From assembly GCA_041481875.1 (NCBI GenBank), contig JBGPCS010000001.1, positions 1 through 29,117 of the forward strand: 29,117 bases of DNA. The letters run 5' to 3'. The notes beneath the pieces were generated by a model that was not told where the DNA came from, did not search any database, and was given only the letters and a program-made list of their open reading frames with translations. Below, one piece after another: positions 1-8,800 of the stretch (its first letter is position 1; the number at the start of each line of letters is the position of its first letter). The position numbers were made by a program, and so were the translations under genes. This DNA comes from Sulfurifustaceae bacterium (GTDB lineage Bacteria; Pseudomonadota; Gammaproteobacteria; Acidiferrobacterales; Sulfurifustaceae).

Positions 1-2
1 AG

Positions 3-1895
3 GCGCCATCGAGAGACAACCCGTTGAGCAATCCGCAAAGCGCGATGGAGCGACGCAATTACGTTTTGCGGCACATGCTCAATCTCGGCCACATCGATCA
101 GGCGACTCTCGAACAAGCGCTCAAGACGCCTCTTACCGCAAGCAAGCACGTCGTACGTTATGCGCTCGACGCACCTTATGTCGCTGAGATGGTGCGGCAG
201 TACATGTTTCAAACTTACGACGAAAAAGCCTACGCGAGCGGGTTTCACGTTTACACGACGATTCTCAGCAAACATCAACGCGCGGCAAATCAGGCGCTGC
301 GGCGGGGGCTGCTTGACTACGACCGACGCCACGGTTATCGCGGACCTGCAGCGCACGTGTCGCTGCACGAGCCGCTCGACATGGGGCGGCTCGATGACGC
401 GCTCAAAGATTACCGCGTGGTCGGCGAGTTACTACCCGGTATCGTGACCGAAGTCGCTGAACGTTCCGTCTCGGTTTATACGCAAGACGGAACCGTCATC
501 GAGCTCGACTGGCCGGGCCTTTCTTGGGCGCGGCGGTATGTCAACGAAAATGCCGTTGGATCGGCACCGACGAATGCCGGCGACATTGTGCAGCGCGGCG
601 ACGTGATACACCTCGAACCGACGGAGGAGCCGGCGACCGGCCCTGGCGGACCCGAATCGCGGTGGCGATTGGCGCAGATTCCACAAGTTGCCGGCGCGCT
701 CGTCTCACTGCGTCCGCGCGATGGCGCGATCCTCGCGCTCACGGGTGGATTCGACTTCTATCAGGCCAATTTCAATCGCGCGACTCAGGCGGAACGCCAG
801 CCCGGGTCTGGGCTCAAGCCTTTCATTTACGCCGCCGCTCTCGAAAAAGGGTTCACTCCCGCAACAACCGTCAGCGGCGCGCCGATTGTGATCGAGGATG
901 TCAACCTGGAGGAGGAGTGGCGCCCGGAAAACTACACTCGGCAATTTTTTGGCCCGACACGGTTACGCAAGGCGCTGGCGCTCTCGCTCAATCTCGTTTC
1001 GATCCGTCTGGTACGTGCGATCGGACCGACCTATACGGCACAATATCTGACACGTTTCGGGTTCGACGGCGAGAAGCTGCCTAAAAATCTGTCGCTCGCG
1101 CTCGGCAACGCGTCCGCGACGCCGTTACAGATGGTGTCGGCTTTCGCGATCTTCGCCAACGGCGGTTCGCGCGTTCAGTCTTATTTCATCAGCCGTGTCG
1201 AAGACGGTCGGCACACGTTGCTGGAGCAAGCCGATCCACTCATCGCGTGCCTGGAATGCGAAACCGACATCGCGGCGGATGTGACACGCGCCATGTCGAT
1301 AAGCGCTCCCGGCTCGGCGTCCGATGAGAAAGCTCAACCGCGCGTCGCTCCCCGCGTGTTGACCCCGCAAATCAACTTCCTAATGACCAGCATGATGCAG
1401 GACGTCATCCGAGAGGGTACCGCCGCCGGGGCGAAGGCGCTCGGACGCAAGGATCTCGCTGGCAAAACCGGAACGACGGATGACTATCGCGACGCCTGGT
1501 TCACCGGCTTCAACAACGACTTCGTTGCCACCGCTTGGCTCGGGTTCGATCAAGCGGCGCCACTCGGCCGCGGAGAAGCCGGCGCGCGAGCCGCGCTCCC
1601 GATGTGGATGGAGTACGCGCGGGTCGCGCTCGACGGCACCCCGGAGCGGCGTCTCGTTCCCCCCGAAGGCATTGTCAAAGCGTACGTCGACACGGAAACC
1701 GGCGCGCGGGTTGCGAACCCAGGTCCAAATGTAATGGAAGAGTACTTCATTCAGGGAACCGAGAACGGTGGGACCGGGCTCGCCGAAACAACCCCCACCG
1801 CGCCCGACAACCGCGCCGCGACCGTCGCCGGTCCAACCGCTCCGACGTTAACAACGCCGTCGGACGCGGACAAAATCCGCGAAAAACTCTTTTGA
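3..1895 (+). CDS. mrcA: Penicillin-binding protein 1A (class A PBP), 5' end outside window
   Basis: Frame is open from base 3 (APSRDNPLSNP, end of the transglycosylase domain). Transpeptidase motifs SxxK (QPGSGLKPF), SxN (SLN) and KTG (GKTGTT) are present, plus the OB-like insert typical of PBP1A. Stop TGA at 1893-1895. Confidence 0.96.
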   Translation, partial: APSRDNPLSNPQSAMERRNYVLRHMLNLGHIDQATLEQALKTPLTASKHVVRYALDAPYVAEMVRQYMFQTYDEKAYASGFHVYTTILSKHQRAANQALRRGLLDYDRRHGYRGPAAHVSLHEPLDMGRLDDALKDYRVVGELLPGIVTEVAERSVSVYTQDGTVIELDWPGLSWARRYVNENAVGSAPTNAGDIVQRGDVIHLEPTEEPATGPGGPESRWRLAQIPQVAGALVSLRPRDGAILALTGGFDFYQANFNRATQAERQPGSGLKPFIYAAALEKGFTPATTVSGAPIVIEDVNLEEEWRPENYTRQFFGPTRLRKALALSLNLVSIRLVRAIGPTYTAQYLTRFGFDGEKLPKNLSLALGNASATPLQMVSAFAIFANGGSRVQSYFISRVEDGRHTLLEQADPLIACLECETDIAADVTRAMSISAPGSASDEKAQPRVAPRVLTPQINFLMTSMMQDVIREGTAAGAKALGRKDLAGKTGTTDDYRDAWFTGFNNDFVATAWLGFDQAAPLGRGEAGARAALPMWMEYARVALDGTPERRLVPPEGIVKAYVDTETGARVANPGPNVMEEYFIQGTENGGTGLAETTPTAPDNRAATVAGPTAPTLTTPSDADKIREKLF

Positions 1896-2533
1896 TGGTA
1901 TCGCGCACCGGTCCACGCCCGCGCAAGGCCGGTCCGCGCGGCGGCGAGCAGAAGCGACTGCGCATCGCGACTGAAGCCGCGCGCATCATGGCAGAGGAGG
2001 GCGTACGTGATTTTCAAACCGCCAAACGTAAAGCGGCGGCGCGGCTCAACCTCGCCGAGGTGCAGCATCTACCCACGAACGAAGAAATCCAGGCGTCTCT
2101 TTCCCGGCATCTGCAACTGTTCCACGGGGCCGAGCTCGCTCGCAATGCGCGCCGCCTGCGCGAGATTGCGGTCGAGGCCATGCAGTTCCTAGCGCCGTTC
2201 GAGCCGCGACTGGTAGGGCCGGTGCTGGCGGGGATGGTGACGCCCGCGTCGGAAATCCAGCTTCACGTAAGCGCCGATTCGCCGGAGGAGTTGGGGCTGT
2301 TCCTGGGCGAGCACAACATTCCGTTTCACTTAGGCGAGCGTCGCGTGCGGTTTGGCGGCGAGCGCTACCAGAACGTCTCGACGTATCAGTTCACGGCTGG
2401 CGGAACGGCGATAGAACTATATGTCTTCGACCCGCGCGGCGTTCGCGAAACACCGCTCAGCCCGGTGGACGGCCGCCCCATGCAGCGCGCGGGTCTGAAA
2501 GAGGCGCAAGCTTTACTCGAATTTTTAGGGTAA
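1895..2533 (+). CDS. Conserved hypothetical protein (212 aa), helical N-terminus plus degenerate nucleotidyltransferase-like region
   Basis: ATG at 1895 overlaps the mrcA stop (TGATG) and is in frame with ORF 1535..2533. RIATEAARIMAEEG..AKRKAA and RLVGPVLAG...SEIQLHV resemble a widespread proteobacterial family of unknown function. Confidence 0.8.
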   Translation: MVSRTGPRPRKAGPRGGEQKRLRIATEAARIMAEEGVRDFQTAKRKAAARLNLAEVQHLPTNEEIQASLSRHLQLFHGAELARNARRLREIAVEAMQFLAPFEPRLVGPVLAGMVTPASEIQLHVSADSPEELGLFLGEHNIPFHLGERRVRFGGERYQNVSTYQFTAGGTAIELYVFDPRGVRETPLSPVDGRPMQRAGLKEAQALLEFLG

Positions 2534-2714
2534 AGGACGTTCCTAGCGTTCTCGCGTAAACGCCTGCCGCTCCTTGCCGGACCGGTGCGGCTCAACTATA
2601 AGAAGAACAGAAAGTCATTTCGTTCAAAACTGACTTTACGAGTCATGGTTCTGTCGGCCGGCGGCCTTGCGTACCGCCTCCTAAGCTTTTGTCGCGAGAT
2701 TTCGGGAGTCGATC

Positions 2715-3218
2715 ATGAAAAGAATTAATTGTGCCGCGCTTCTATTGGCGATCTTCGTTGCCAGTTGTGGCAGTGACAAAGGAGAGGGAGCGGCCCCGAC
2801 CGGTTCCACGATTACGATTTTTCCAAGCGGGGTTAGTTTCAGTTATACCGGCGCCTTTCTAACCAGTAACGGAATAACCGTACCTTTCTTCATAGGGTCA
2901 AGCTTCGTTACGGTAACCGTGTTCAACGCAAGCGGAAATCCAATAAAAGGAGCGTCGGTCAATATTTTTAACGCCGGCAGCGGCACAATTTTAAACTCTG
3001 ATCGCATAGGGACTATCGGTAGTCAGCAAGCCGAACCTTACGTGACCACTACAGACGATTTCGGCAATGCTTATGTTTATATCCTTGTGCCAGGATCTAA
3101 CGCGATCGGTGCCGTTACGTACGATTTTAGGGCATTTAGCGGTAGCGCGTTCACTCCAATGACCGTGACCGTTACCTGCACAGACTCAAATACGGTATCG
3201 ACGGCAGTGTGCGATTGA
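2715..3218 (+). CDS. Predicted lipoprotein with bacterial Ig-like (Big-1/invasin-type) beta-sandwich
   Basis: GGAG RBS. Signal peptide with lipobox VAS-C18. VTVTVFNASGNPIKGASVNI...TTTDDFGNA resembles the Big-1 pattern. Thr/Ser/Gly-rich. Confidence 0.72.
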   Translation: MKRINCAALLLAIFVASCGSDKGEGAAPTGSTITIFPSGVSFSYTGAFLTSNGITVPFFIGSSFVTVTVFNASGNPIKGASVNIFNAGSGTILNSDRIGTIGSQQAEPYVTTTDDFGNAYVYILVPGSNAIGAVTYDFRAFSGSAFTPMTVTVTCTDSNTVSTAVCD

Positions 3219-3339
3219 TTGAAGCTTCGGCACACGTCCGGGCATCGATGTCTAAATGAGCGGGTCGGCCTTCTGATTCACCTGGCGTCGACAGTCCGCG
3301 CAAGGTGCCGGATGTTGGCCTGTAAGACGAAGCGACAAA

Positions 3340-4353
3340 TCAACTCGCGATGAGCTGCATCCCCACGCGATTACCCCCGACGGTCTTCGCCGATCGCAAC
3401 GCCGTCTCGGCCGCCGCAATAAATGCGGCGGCATCGGTGCCAGATTCGCACTGGGCGGCGCCGACCGACACGGTGAGTGACGGGAGAATGCTTTCATCCG
3501 ACATCATCACGACGGCCTCGCTCACGGCGTACCGCACGCGCTCACCGACGACAACGGCTCCGGCGACGTCGGACTCGGGCAGAATAATTGCAAACGACGC
3601 GGGACTGTGACAAGCGAGGAGGTCGGTGGGCCTGACGTTGTTCATCATCGTTTGCGCCACGGCGTAGCGCGCATGATCTCCCGCCGCATGACCGAACTGC
3701 GCGCTGTACTCGGCGAAATCGTCGATTTCAACCAGCAGCAAGGCCAGCGGCGAGTTGTTCTTCGAGCTGCGCGTCATCTGCCGAGGCATAATCGAGTCCA
3801 GCCACAGACGGTTATGCAAACCGGTGCATTCATCCAGCGTGGCGTGGCGCTTATAAGATGTTTTCAGTTCTTCACTGCCGCGGATGACACCGCCGACACG
3901 GGAACGTTCCGCGAGGAGCGCTAGCCAGTTTCGAGCGGTTTCGTGCGACGCACGAATTAGTTCCCACGCAACTTTCTGCTCCACGACCAGCAGACGGGTC
4001 GGCTCCACCGCAGAGATGGTCCAAGGGACCGTTGCGTCCTGCATCAGAAACATCTCGCCGACGCTGTCCCCGGGCTTGATCACGGTGTCGGGCACCGTTG
4101 AGGACGGATCCTGCATCCGCAGGCGACCGCTCAATATCAAATAGAGCGCCTGACAAGCATCACCGGCGCGTAGCAGCATCTCGCCGCTGGCGAGCAGACG
4201 TACCACGCAATCCTGCAGAATCGGCACGATGGCTTCTTGATGCGCGTCCTTGAGCAGGGCGATCTGAGCCAGCTCCTTGCGCGAAACGCGAGTGGCGGCC
4301 GATGCCCGAGCCTCTCGACGCATGTCCGCAAATGTCTTGTTCGGTTGATCCAT
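3340..4353 (-). CDS. cNMP-binding (Crp-like) domain plus degenerate GGDEF domain protein
   Basis: N-half LLRAGDACQALYLILSGRL...GDSVGEM is a cNMP fold. C-half DECTGLHNR...FGHAAGD...RPTD...AKTVGGN is a GGDEF fold with the signature replaced by SPASF. Start chosen at ATG 4353; 4407 is an alternative. Confidence 0.88.
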   Translation of the reverse strand: MDQPNKTFADMRREARASAATRVSRKELAQIALLKDAHQEAIVPILQDCVVRLLASGEMLLRAGDACQALYLILSGRLRMQDPSSTVPDTVIKPGDSVGEMFLMQDATVPWTISAVEPTRLLVVEQKVAWELIRASHETARNWLALLAERSRVGGVIRGSEELKTSYKRHATLDECTGLHNRLWLDSIMPRQMTRSSKNNSPLALLLVEIDDFAEYSAQFGHAAGDHARYAVAQTMMNNVRPTDLLACHSPASFAIILPESDVAGAVVVGERVRYAVSEAVVMMSDESILPSLTVSVGAAQCESGTDAAAFIAAAETALRSAKTVGGNRVGMQLIAS

Positions 4354-4503
4354 AGGTGATTCTCGTCCTTGCCTGTCGTCACTTGAAGCAAGCTTGATGC
4401 CAGCCATCCGCGCGGCGCCACGAATTCGTCCCCTGCCGTCTGAACTTTAGCTTCTCCGCGCCGGGGCGGGTAAAATCCGCGATCCGCCCCGCCGATAAGC
4501 AAC

Positions 4504-6192
4504 TTGAAACAGCATCTTGAGGGTTTGATCGTCCAAGCGTTGCAGCGACTACGCGCAAGGGGAACGCCGCTTCCCGACCCTCTGCCGGTCGTTGAAATCG
4601 ATCGCGCTCGAAGCAAGGAACACGGGGATTTTGCCTGCAATATAGCTCTCGGGCTGGCCAAGATAGCGCGCGTCGGACCGCGCGACTTGGCGCAACGCAT
4701 CGTTGCGGCGTTGCCGCCGTCGGAACACGTGGAGCGCGTTGAAGTCGCCGGCCCGGGCTTCATCAACTTCTATCTGCGAGCAGACGCACTTACGCGGGTC
4801 GTTCCGACCATTCTCGCTCGCGGGCGCGCGTATGGCTGCGCCGGCGACGCACAGGGGCAAAAGGTTATGGTCGAGTTCGTCTCGGCCAATCCAACCGGGC
4901 CGCTGCACGTCGGCCACGGGCGCCAAGCGGCGCTAGGGGACGCACTGTCGGCGCTGCTCGAGACCCAGGGCTACGCCGTCACTCGCGAGTTTTACTACAA
5001 CGATGCAGGAGTCCAAATCGAAAATTTGGCGCTATCGGTCCAGGCGCGGACGCGCGGGATTAAGCCGGGCGAAGGCGGCTGGCCTGAAGCGGGCTACAAC
5101 GGCGACTACATTCTCGACATCGCGAACGATTTTCTCGCAAAGAAGACGGTTCACGCTGCCGACAGCGCACCGGTAACAGCCAGCGGCGACGCCAACGATC
5201 TCGAGGCTATCCGTAAGTTCGCCGTCACGTACCTACGCAACGAGCAGGATATCGACCTGCAAAAGTTCGGGGTGAAGTTCGACAACTACTATCTCGAGTC
5301 GAGCTTGTACACCGAGGGCAAGGTCGCAGGGACGGTGCAGACGCTGATAGCGAGCGGCAAGACCTACGAGAACGACGGCGCGCTGTGGCTGCGCACAACC
5401 GACTACGGCGACGATAAGGACCGCGTCATGCGCAAGTCCGACGGCAGCTACACATACTTCGTCCCCGACGTCGCCTACCACGTGACCAAGTGGCAACGCG
5501 GCTATCACAAAGCGATCAACGTGCAGGGCAGCGACCACCACAGCACGATGACGCGCGTGCGCGCGGCATTGCAGGCGCTCGGCCTGGGCGTTCCGCAGGG
5601 CTACCCGGAATACGTGCTGCACAGCCTGGTGCGCGTTGTGCGCGGTGGCGAGGAAGTAAAAATCTCCAAGCGCGCGGGCTCCTACGTAACCGTGCGCGAT
5701 CTGATCGAATGGGTCGGGCGCGACGCGGTGCGTTTCTTCCTCGTTTCGCGCCGCGCCGATTCGCAATTCGTGTTCGATATCGACATCGCGCTGGCGCAGA
5801 ACGAAGAAAACCCGGTGTACTACGTTCAGTACGCGCATGCGCGTGTTTGCAGCGTGTTCAAACAGCTTAAAGAGAAGGGGCTGGCGCACGACCGCGACAA
5901 CGGCAGTCGCCGGTTGCAGCGACTCACCGAGGAGCACGAACGCACCCTGATGAACCGTTTGGGACGCTATCCCGAACTGCTGCGCGACGCCGCAAGCGAC
6001 GCGGAACCGCAGCAGCTTGCGACCTATTTGCGCGAGCTAGCCTACGATTTCCACATCTACTACAACTCGCACAAGTTCTTGATCGACGACCCGGACTTAC
6101 GCGACGCGCGACTCAACTTGATCGAAGCCACACGAGTCGTCATCGCAAATGGACTGAAGTTGCTCGGCGTTTCGGCGCCGGAGAGCATGTAG
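4504..6192 (+). CDS. argS: Arginine--tRNA ligase
   Basis: [16 protein letters not shown] (HIGH motif), KISKRAG (KMSKS-like) and YVQYAHAR motifs, C-terminal [12 protein letters not shown] start. Confidence 0.98.
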   Translation: MKQHLEGLIVQALQRLRARGTPLPDPLPVVEIDRARSKEHGDFACNIALGLAKIARVGPRDLAQRIVAALPPSEHVERVEVAGPGFINFYLRADALTRVVPTILARGRAYGCAGDAQGQKVMVEFVSANPTGPLHVGHGRQAALGDALSALLETQGYAVTREFYYNDAGVQIENLALSVQARTRGIKPGEGGWPEAGYNGDYILDIANDFLAKKTVHAADSAPVTASGDANDLEAIRKFAVTYLRNEQDIDLQKFGVKFDNYYLESSLYTEGKVAGTVQTLIASGKTYENDGALWLRTTDYGDDKDRVMRKSDGSYTYFVPDVAYHVTKWQRGYHKAINVQGSDHHSTMTRVRAALQALGLGVPQGYPEYVLHSLVRVVRGGEEVKISKRAGSYVTVRDLIEWVGRDAVRFFLVSRRADSQFVFDIDIALAQNEENPVYYVQYAHARVCSVFKQLKEKGLAHDRDNGSRRLQRLTEEHERTLMNRLGRYPELLRDAASDAEPQQLATYLRELAYDFHIYYNSHKFLIDDPDLRDARLNLIEATRVVIANGLKLLGVSAPESM

Positions 6193-6194
6193 CA

Positions 6195-6758
6195 ATGCCG
6201 CGTTCGCGCAGAAACAGACGCGGGACGGGAAAGCGCCTGCCCCGTTGGGCGGTCCTGCTGCTCGGGTTGGCGCTCGGCGTCGCTTCGGTTTTGCTCACGC
6301 AGCTCGTGATCAGCCGCGCCGGCTCCAGCGACGGGATCGCGGGTCTGCTCGCGAAAGCGAGACGCGTGGAACCACCCGCGCCGAAACGGCCCGAGCCGAT
6401 AGCCGCCAAACCGAAGCTCGATTTCTACACCGTGTTGCCCGAGGTCGAGACGGTTCTCCCCGACCGCGGGACGCGCACCAAACCCACCAAGCTGGAACGC
6501 GTCGAGACTGGTGAGCGATACGTCCTCCAAGCCGGCTCGTTCGTAAACTTCGAGGACGCGGATCAGCTCAAGGCGAAGCTTGCGCTGCAGGGTCTGCCGT
6601 CGCAAATTCAAAAGATCACGATCGAGGGCAAAGGTGAATACCACCGCGTTCGGCTTGGGCCGTATGAAAAATTAGAAGAGTTCAATGCGGCCAATCAACA
6701 GCTGGCCAAACTTGGGCTCAAACCGATTCGGTTGAGGGTGAAGGGTGCCGCCGACTAG
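6195..6758 (+). CDS. SPOR-domain cell division protein (FtsN-like)
   Basis: Basic N-terminus, one TM helix, FYTVLP motif and C-terminal SPOR domain (YVLQAGSF...HRVRLGPY). Starts 2 nt after the argS stop, a known synteny. Confidence 0.88.
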   Translation: MPRSRRNRRGTGKRLPRWAVLLLGLALGVASVLLTQLVISRAGSSDGIAGLLAKARRVEPPAPKRPEPIAAKPKLDFYTVLPEVETVLPDRGTRTKPTKLERVETGERYVLQAGSFVNFEDADQLKAKLALQGLPSQIQKITIEGKGEYHRVRLGPYEKLEEFNAANQQLAKLGLKPIRLRVKGAAD

Positions 6759-6786
6759 CGTCGGACCAGCGCGACGTGGCAAAACG

Positions 6787-8670
6787 TCAGTCCTCCAAGT
6801 ACGTATACCCTTCGAGCCCCGCGGCTAGTTCTTCGAGGAAGCTATTGCGGCGCCGCTCGTCCAGATTGTGTGCCTGGCGCACTTTCTCCCGGTACGCCTG
6901 ACGCAAATCTTCCGGATCAAAGTGCACGTACCGCAGGACGGCGTCGACCGTGTCGCCGCGATGCGGCTCGACCAGCCGATGGCCGCCGTCGGGCAGAACC
7001 TCCACGTGGACCGAATCGGTGTCACCGAAGAGATTGTGCATGTCACCCAGAATTTCCTGATACGCGCCGACGAGAAAGATGCCGAGCAAGTACGGTTCGT
7101 TTTCTCGCGGCGCGTGTAGCGGCAAGGTGGAGTCGATCCCGTCGGCGTTGACGTACCAGTCCATGCGCCCGTCCGAATCGCAGGTGATGTCTTGTAACAC
7201 CGTGCGGCGCGTCGGCGCTTCGTCGAGTCGACTCAACGGTACTACCGGGAAGATCTGGTCGATCGCCCAGTGATCGGGCATCGACTGAAACAGCGAAAAA
7301 TTGCAGAAATACTTGTCGGCAAGTTTGTCGTTCAACTCATCCAGAATTTCCCGATGTGCTTTGGCGGACGGCTCGAGCAGCTCGTGCACTTTCCAGCAGG
7401 TAGCGAAATAGATCTGCTCGGCACGAGCGCGCTCCGCGAGCGAAAGCACGCCGTGATTGAACATGCCTTGGGCCTGCGAGAGATAGTAGGCGGCGTCGTG
7501 GTGCGCCTCGATCGCAGAGCGATTGGAGATGTTCACGTAGGACTTGTACATGTCCCGTATCAACGGCTGCTCCCCGGCTCGCACCGGCGGCAACTTTCCC
7601 GCACCGGGCGCTTGCTCGCGCTCGACGACGTTGGTGATCAGCACCGCATGGTGCGCCGTCAGCGCGCGTCCCGATTCGCTGACGATGTCGGGATGCGGCA
7701 GGTTTTTCTCCTCGCAGATCTCGGCTAGCGCGTAAACGATGTTGTTCGCGTATTCGCGTACCGAATAGTTGGTCGAGCAGAAGCTGCGCGAGCGCGTGCC
7801 TTCGTAGTCGACGCCCAGGCCGCCGCCGACATTCACGGTATCGATGTCCGCCCCGACCGCCCGCAACTCCGCGTAGTAACGCGCCGCCTCGCGCATGCCG
7901 GACTGGATGTGCTGCACATTGGCGATCTGCGAACCCATGTGAAAATGAATCATCTTGAGCGACCCGAGCGCGTCGGCCTCGCGGAGCCGCTCGCAAGCGC
8001 GCAACGCCTCGGAGGCGGTAACACCGAATTTCGACTTGTCGCCGCCGGTGTTTTGCCATTTGCCCGCGCCGATCGAGGCGAGACGCACGCGCAAGCCGAG
8101 CAGCGGCGCGATATCCAGGCTCTTCGACTCGCGCAGCACGAGCTCGAGCTCGGAGAGCTTCTCGATGACGATGTGCACGCGATGACCGAGCGCCTGGCCG
8201 ATCAACGCTAGACGCGCGTACTCGCGATCCTTGTAGCCGTTGCAAACAATGACGCCGTTCGGGCGCGAACGCGCGAGCACGGCGAGCAACTCCGGCTTGG
8301 AACCCGCTTCGAGCCCGAACCTATCGCCGCCGTGCTCGAGGAGCGCGTCGACGACGCTGCGCTGCTGGTTGACTTTGATGGGATACACCGCCGTGTAGCG
8401 TCCGCGAAATCCGCGTTCGGCGGACGCCGCATCGAACGCTTCGCACAACTCCCGTACGCGATGGTGCAAGATGCCCGAGAATCGCACCAGCACCGGCAGC
8501 GTCAACTTGCACGCACTGAACTCGCGGGTCAGTTCGTACAGATCGACAGCGTGCGCCGAGCTCGGGTCCGGTCGGGCTGTCACGTGCCCACGCTCATTGA
8601 CATCGAAATAGCCGTTGCCCCAGTGCGCGATGTTATAGAGGTCGCGTGCCTTGCTAGTGCTCCAGCTCAT
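6787..8670 (-). CDS. speA: Biosynthetic arginine decarboxylase (PLP-dependent)
   Basis: VYPIKVNQ (PLP lysine), GLEAGSKPEL, HFHMGSQI, ESGRALTAHH, DITCDSDG and GAYQEILGDMHNLFG motifs. Confidence 0.97.
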   Translation of the reverse strand: MSWSTSKARDLYNIAHWGNGYFDVNERGHVTARPDPSSAHAVDLYELTREFSACKLTLPVLVRFSGILHHRVRELCEAFDAASAERGFRGRYTAVYPIKVNQQRSVVDALLEHGGDRFGLEAGSKPELLAVLARSRPNGVIVCNGYKDREYARLALIGQALGHRVHIVIEKLSELELVLRESKSLDIAPLLGLRVRLASIGAGKWQNTGGDKSKFGVTASEALRACERLREADALGSLKMIHFHMGSQIANVQHIQSGMREAARYYAELRAVGADIDTVNVGGGLGVDYEGTRSRSFCSTNYSVREYANNIVYALAEICEEKNLPHPDIVSESGRALTAHHAVLITNVVEREQAPGAGKLPPVRAGEQPLIRDMYKSYVNISNRSAIEAHHDAAYYLSQAQGMFNHGVLSLAERARAEQIYFATCWKVHELLEPSAKAHREILDELNDKLADKYFCNFSLFQSMPDHWAIDQIFPVVPLSRLDEAPTRRTVLQDITCDSDGRMDWYVNADGIDSTLPLHAPRENEPYLLGIFLVGAYQEILGDMHNLFGDTDSVHVEVLPDGGHRLVEPHRGDTVDAVLRYVHFDPEDLRQAYREKVRQAHNLDERRRNSFLEELAAGLEGYTYLED

Positions 8671-8800
8671 GGATGAACGTGGACTTTGAAGGGGACCGAA
8701 TTATGGAGTAATCGCAACGAGAAGAAAACGAAGCCGCGACCTTTTGCTTCCTCCGGCGGTTCGGTATCGTGACGACTTTATTCGATCCGAGAAAGAAAAA

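Noticed and set aside
1535-1894. N-terminal 120 aa of the 332-aa ORF 1535..2533
   Set aside because: Arg-rich out-of-frame overlap with mrcA. The coupled ATG at 1895 is the credible start.
2654-2672. GG...TTGC resembling a sigma54 box before the lipoprotein
   Set aside because: Spacing is GG-N11-GC, and sigma54 requires N10.
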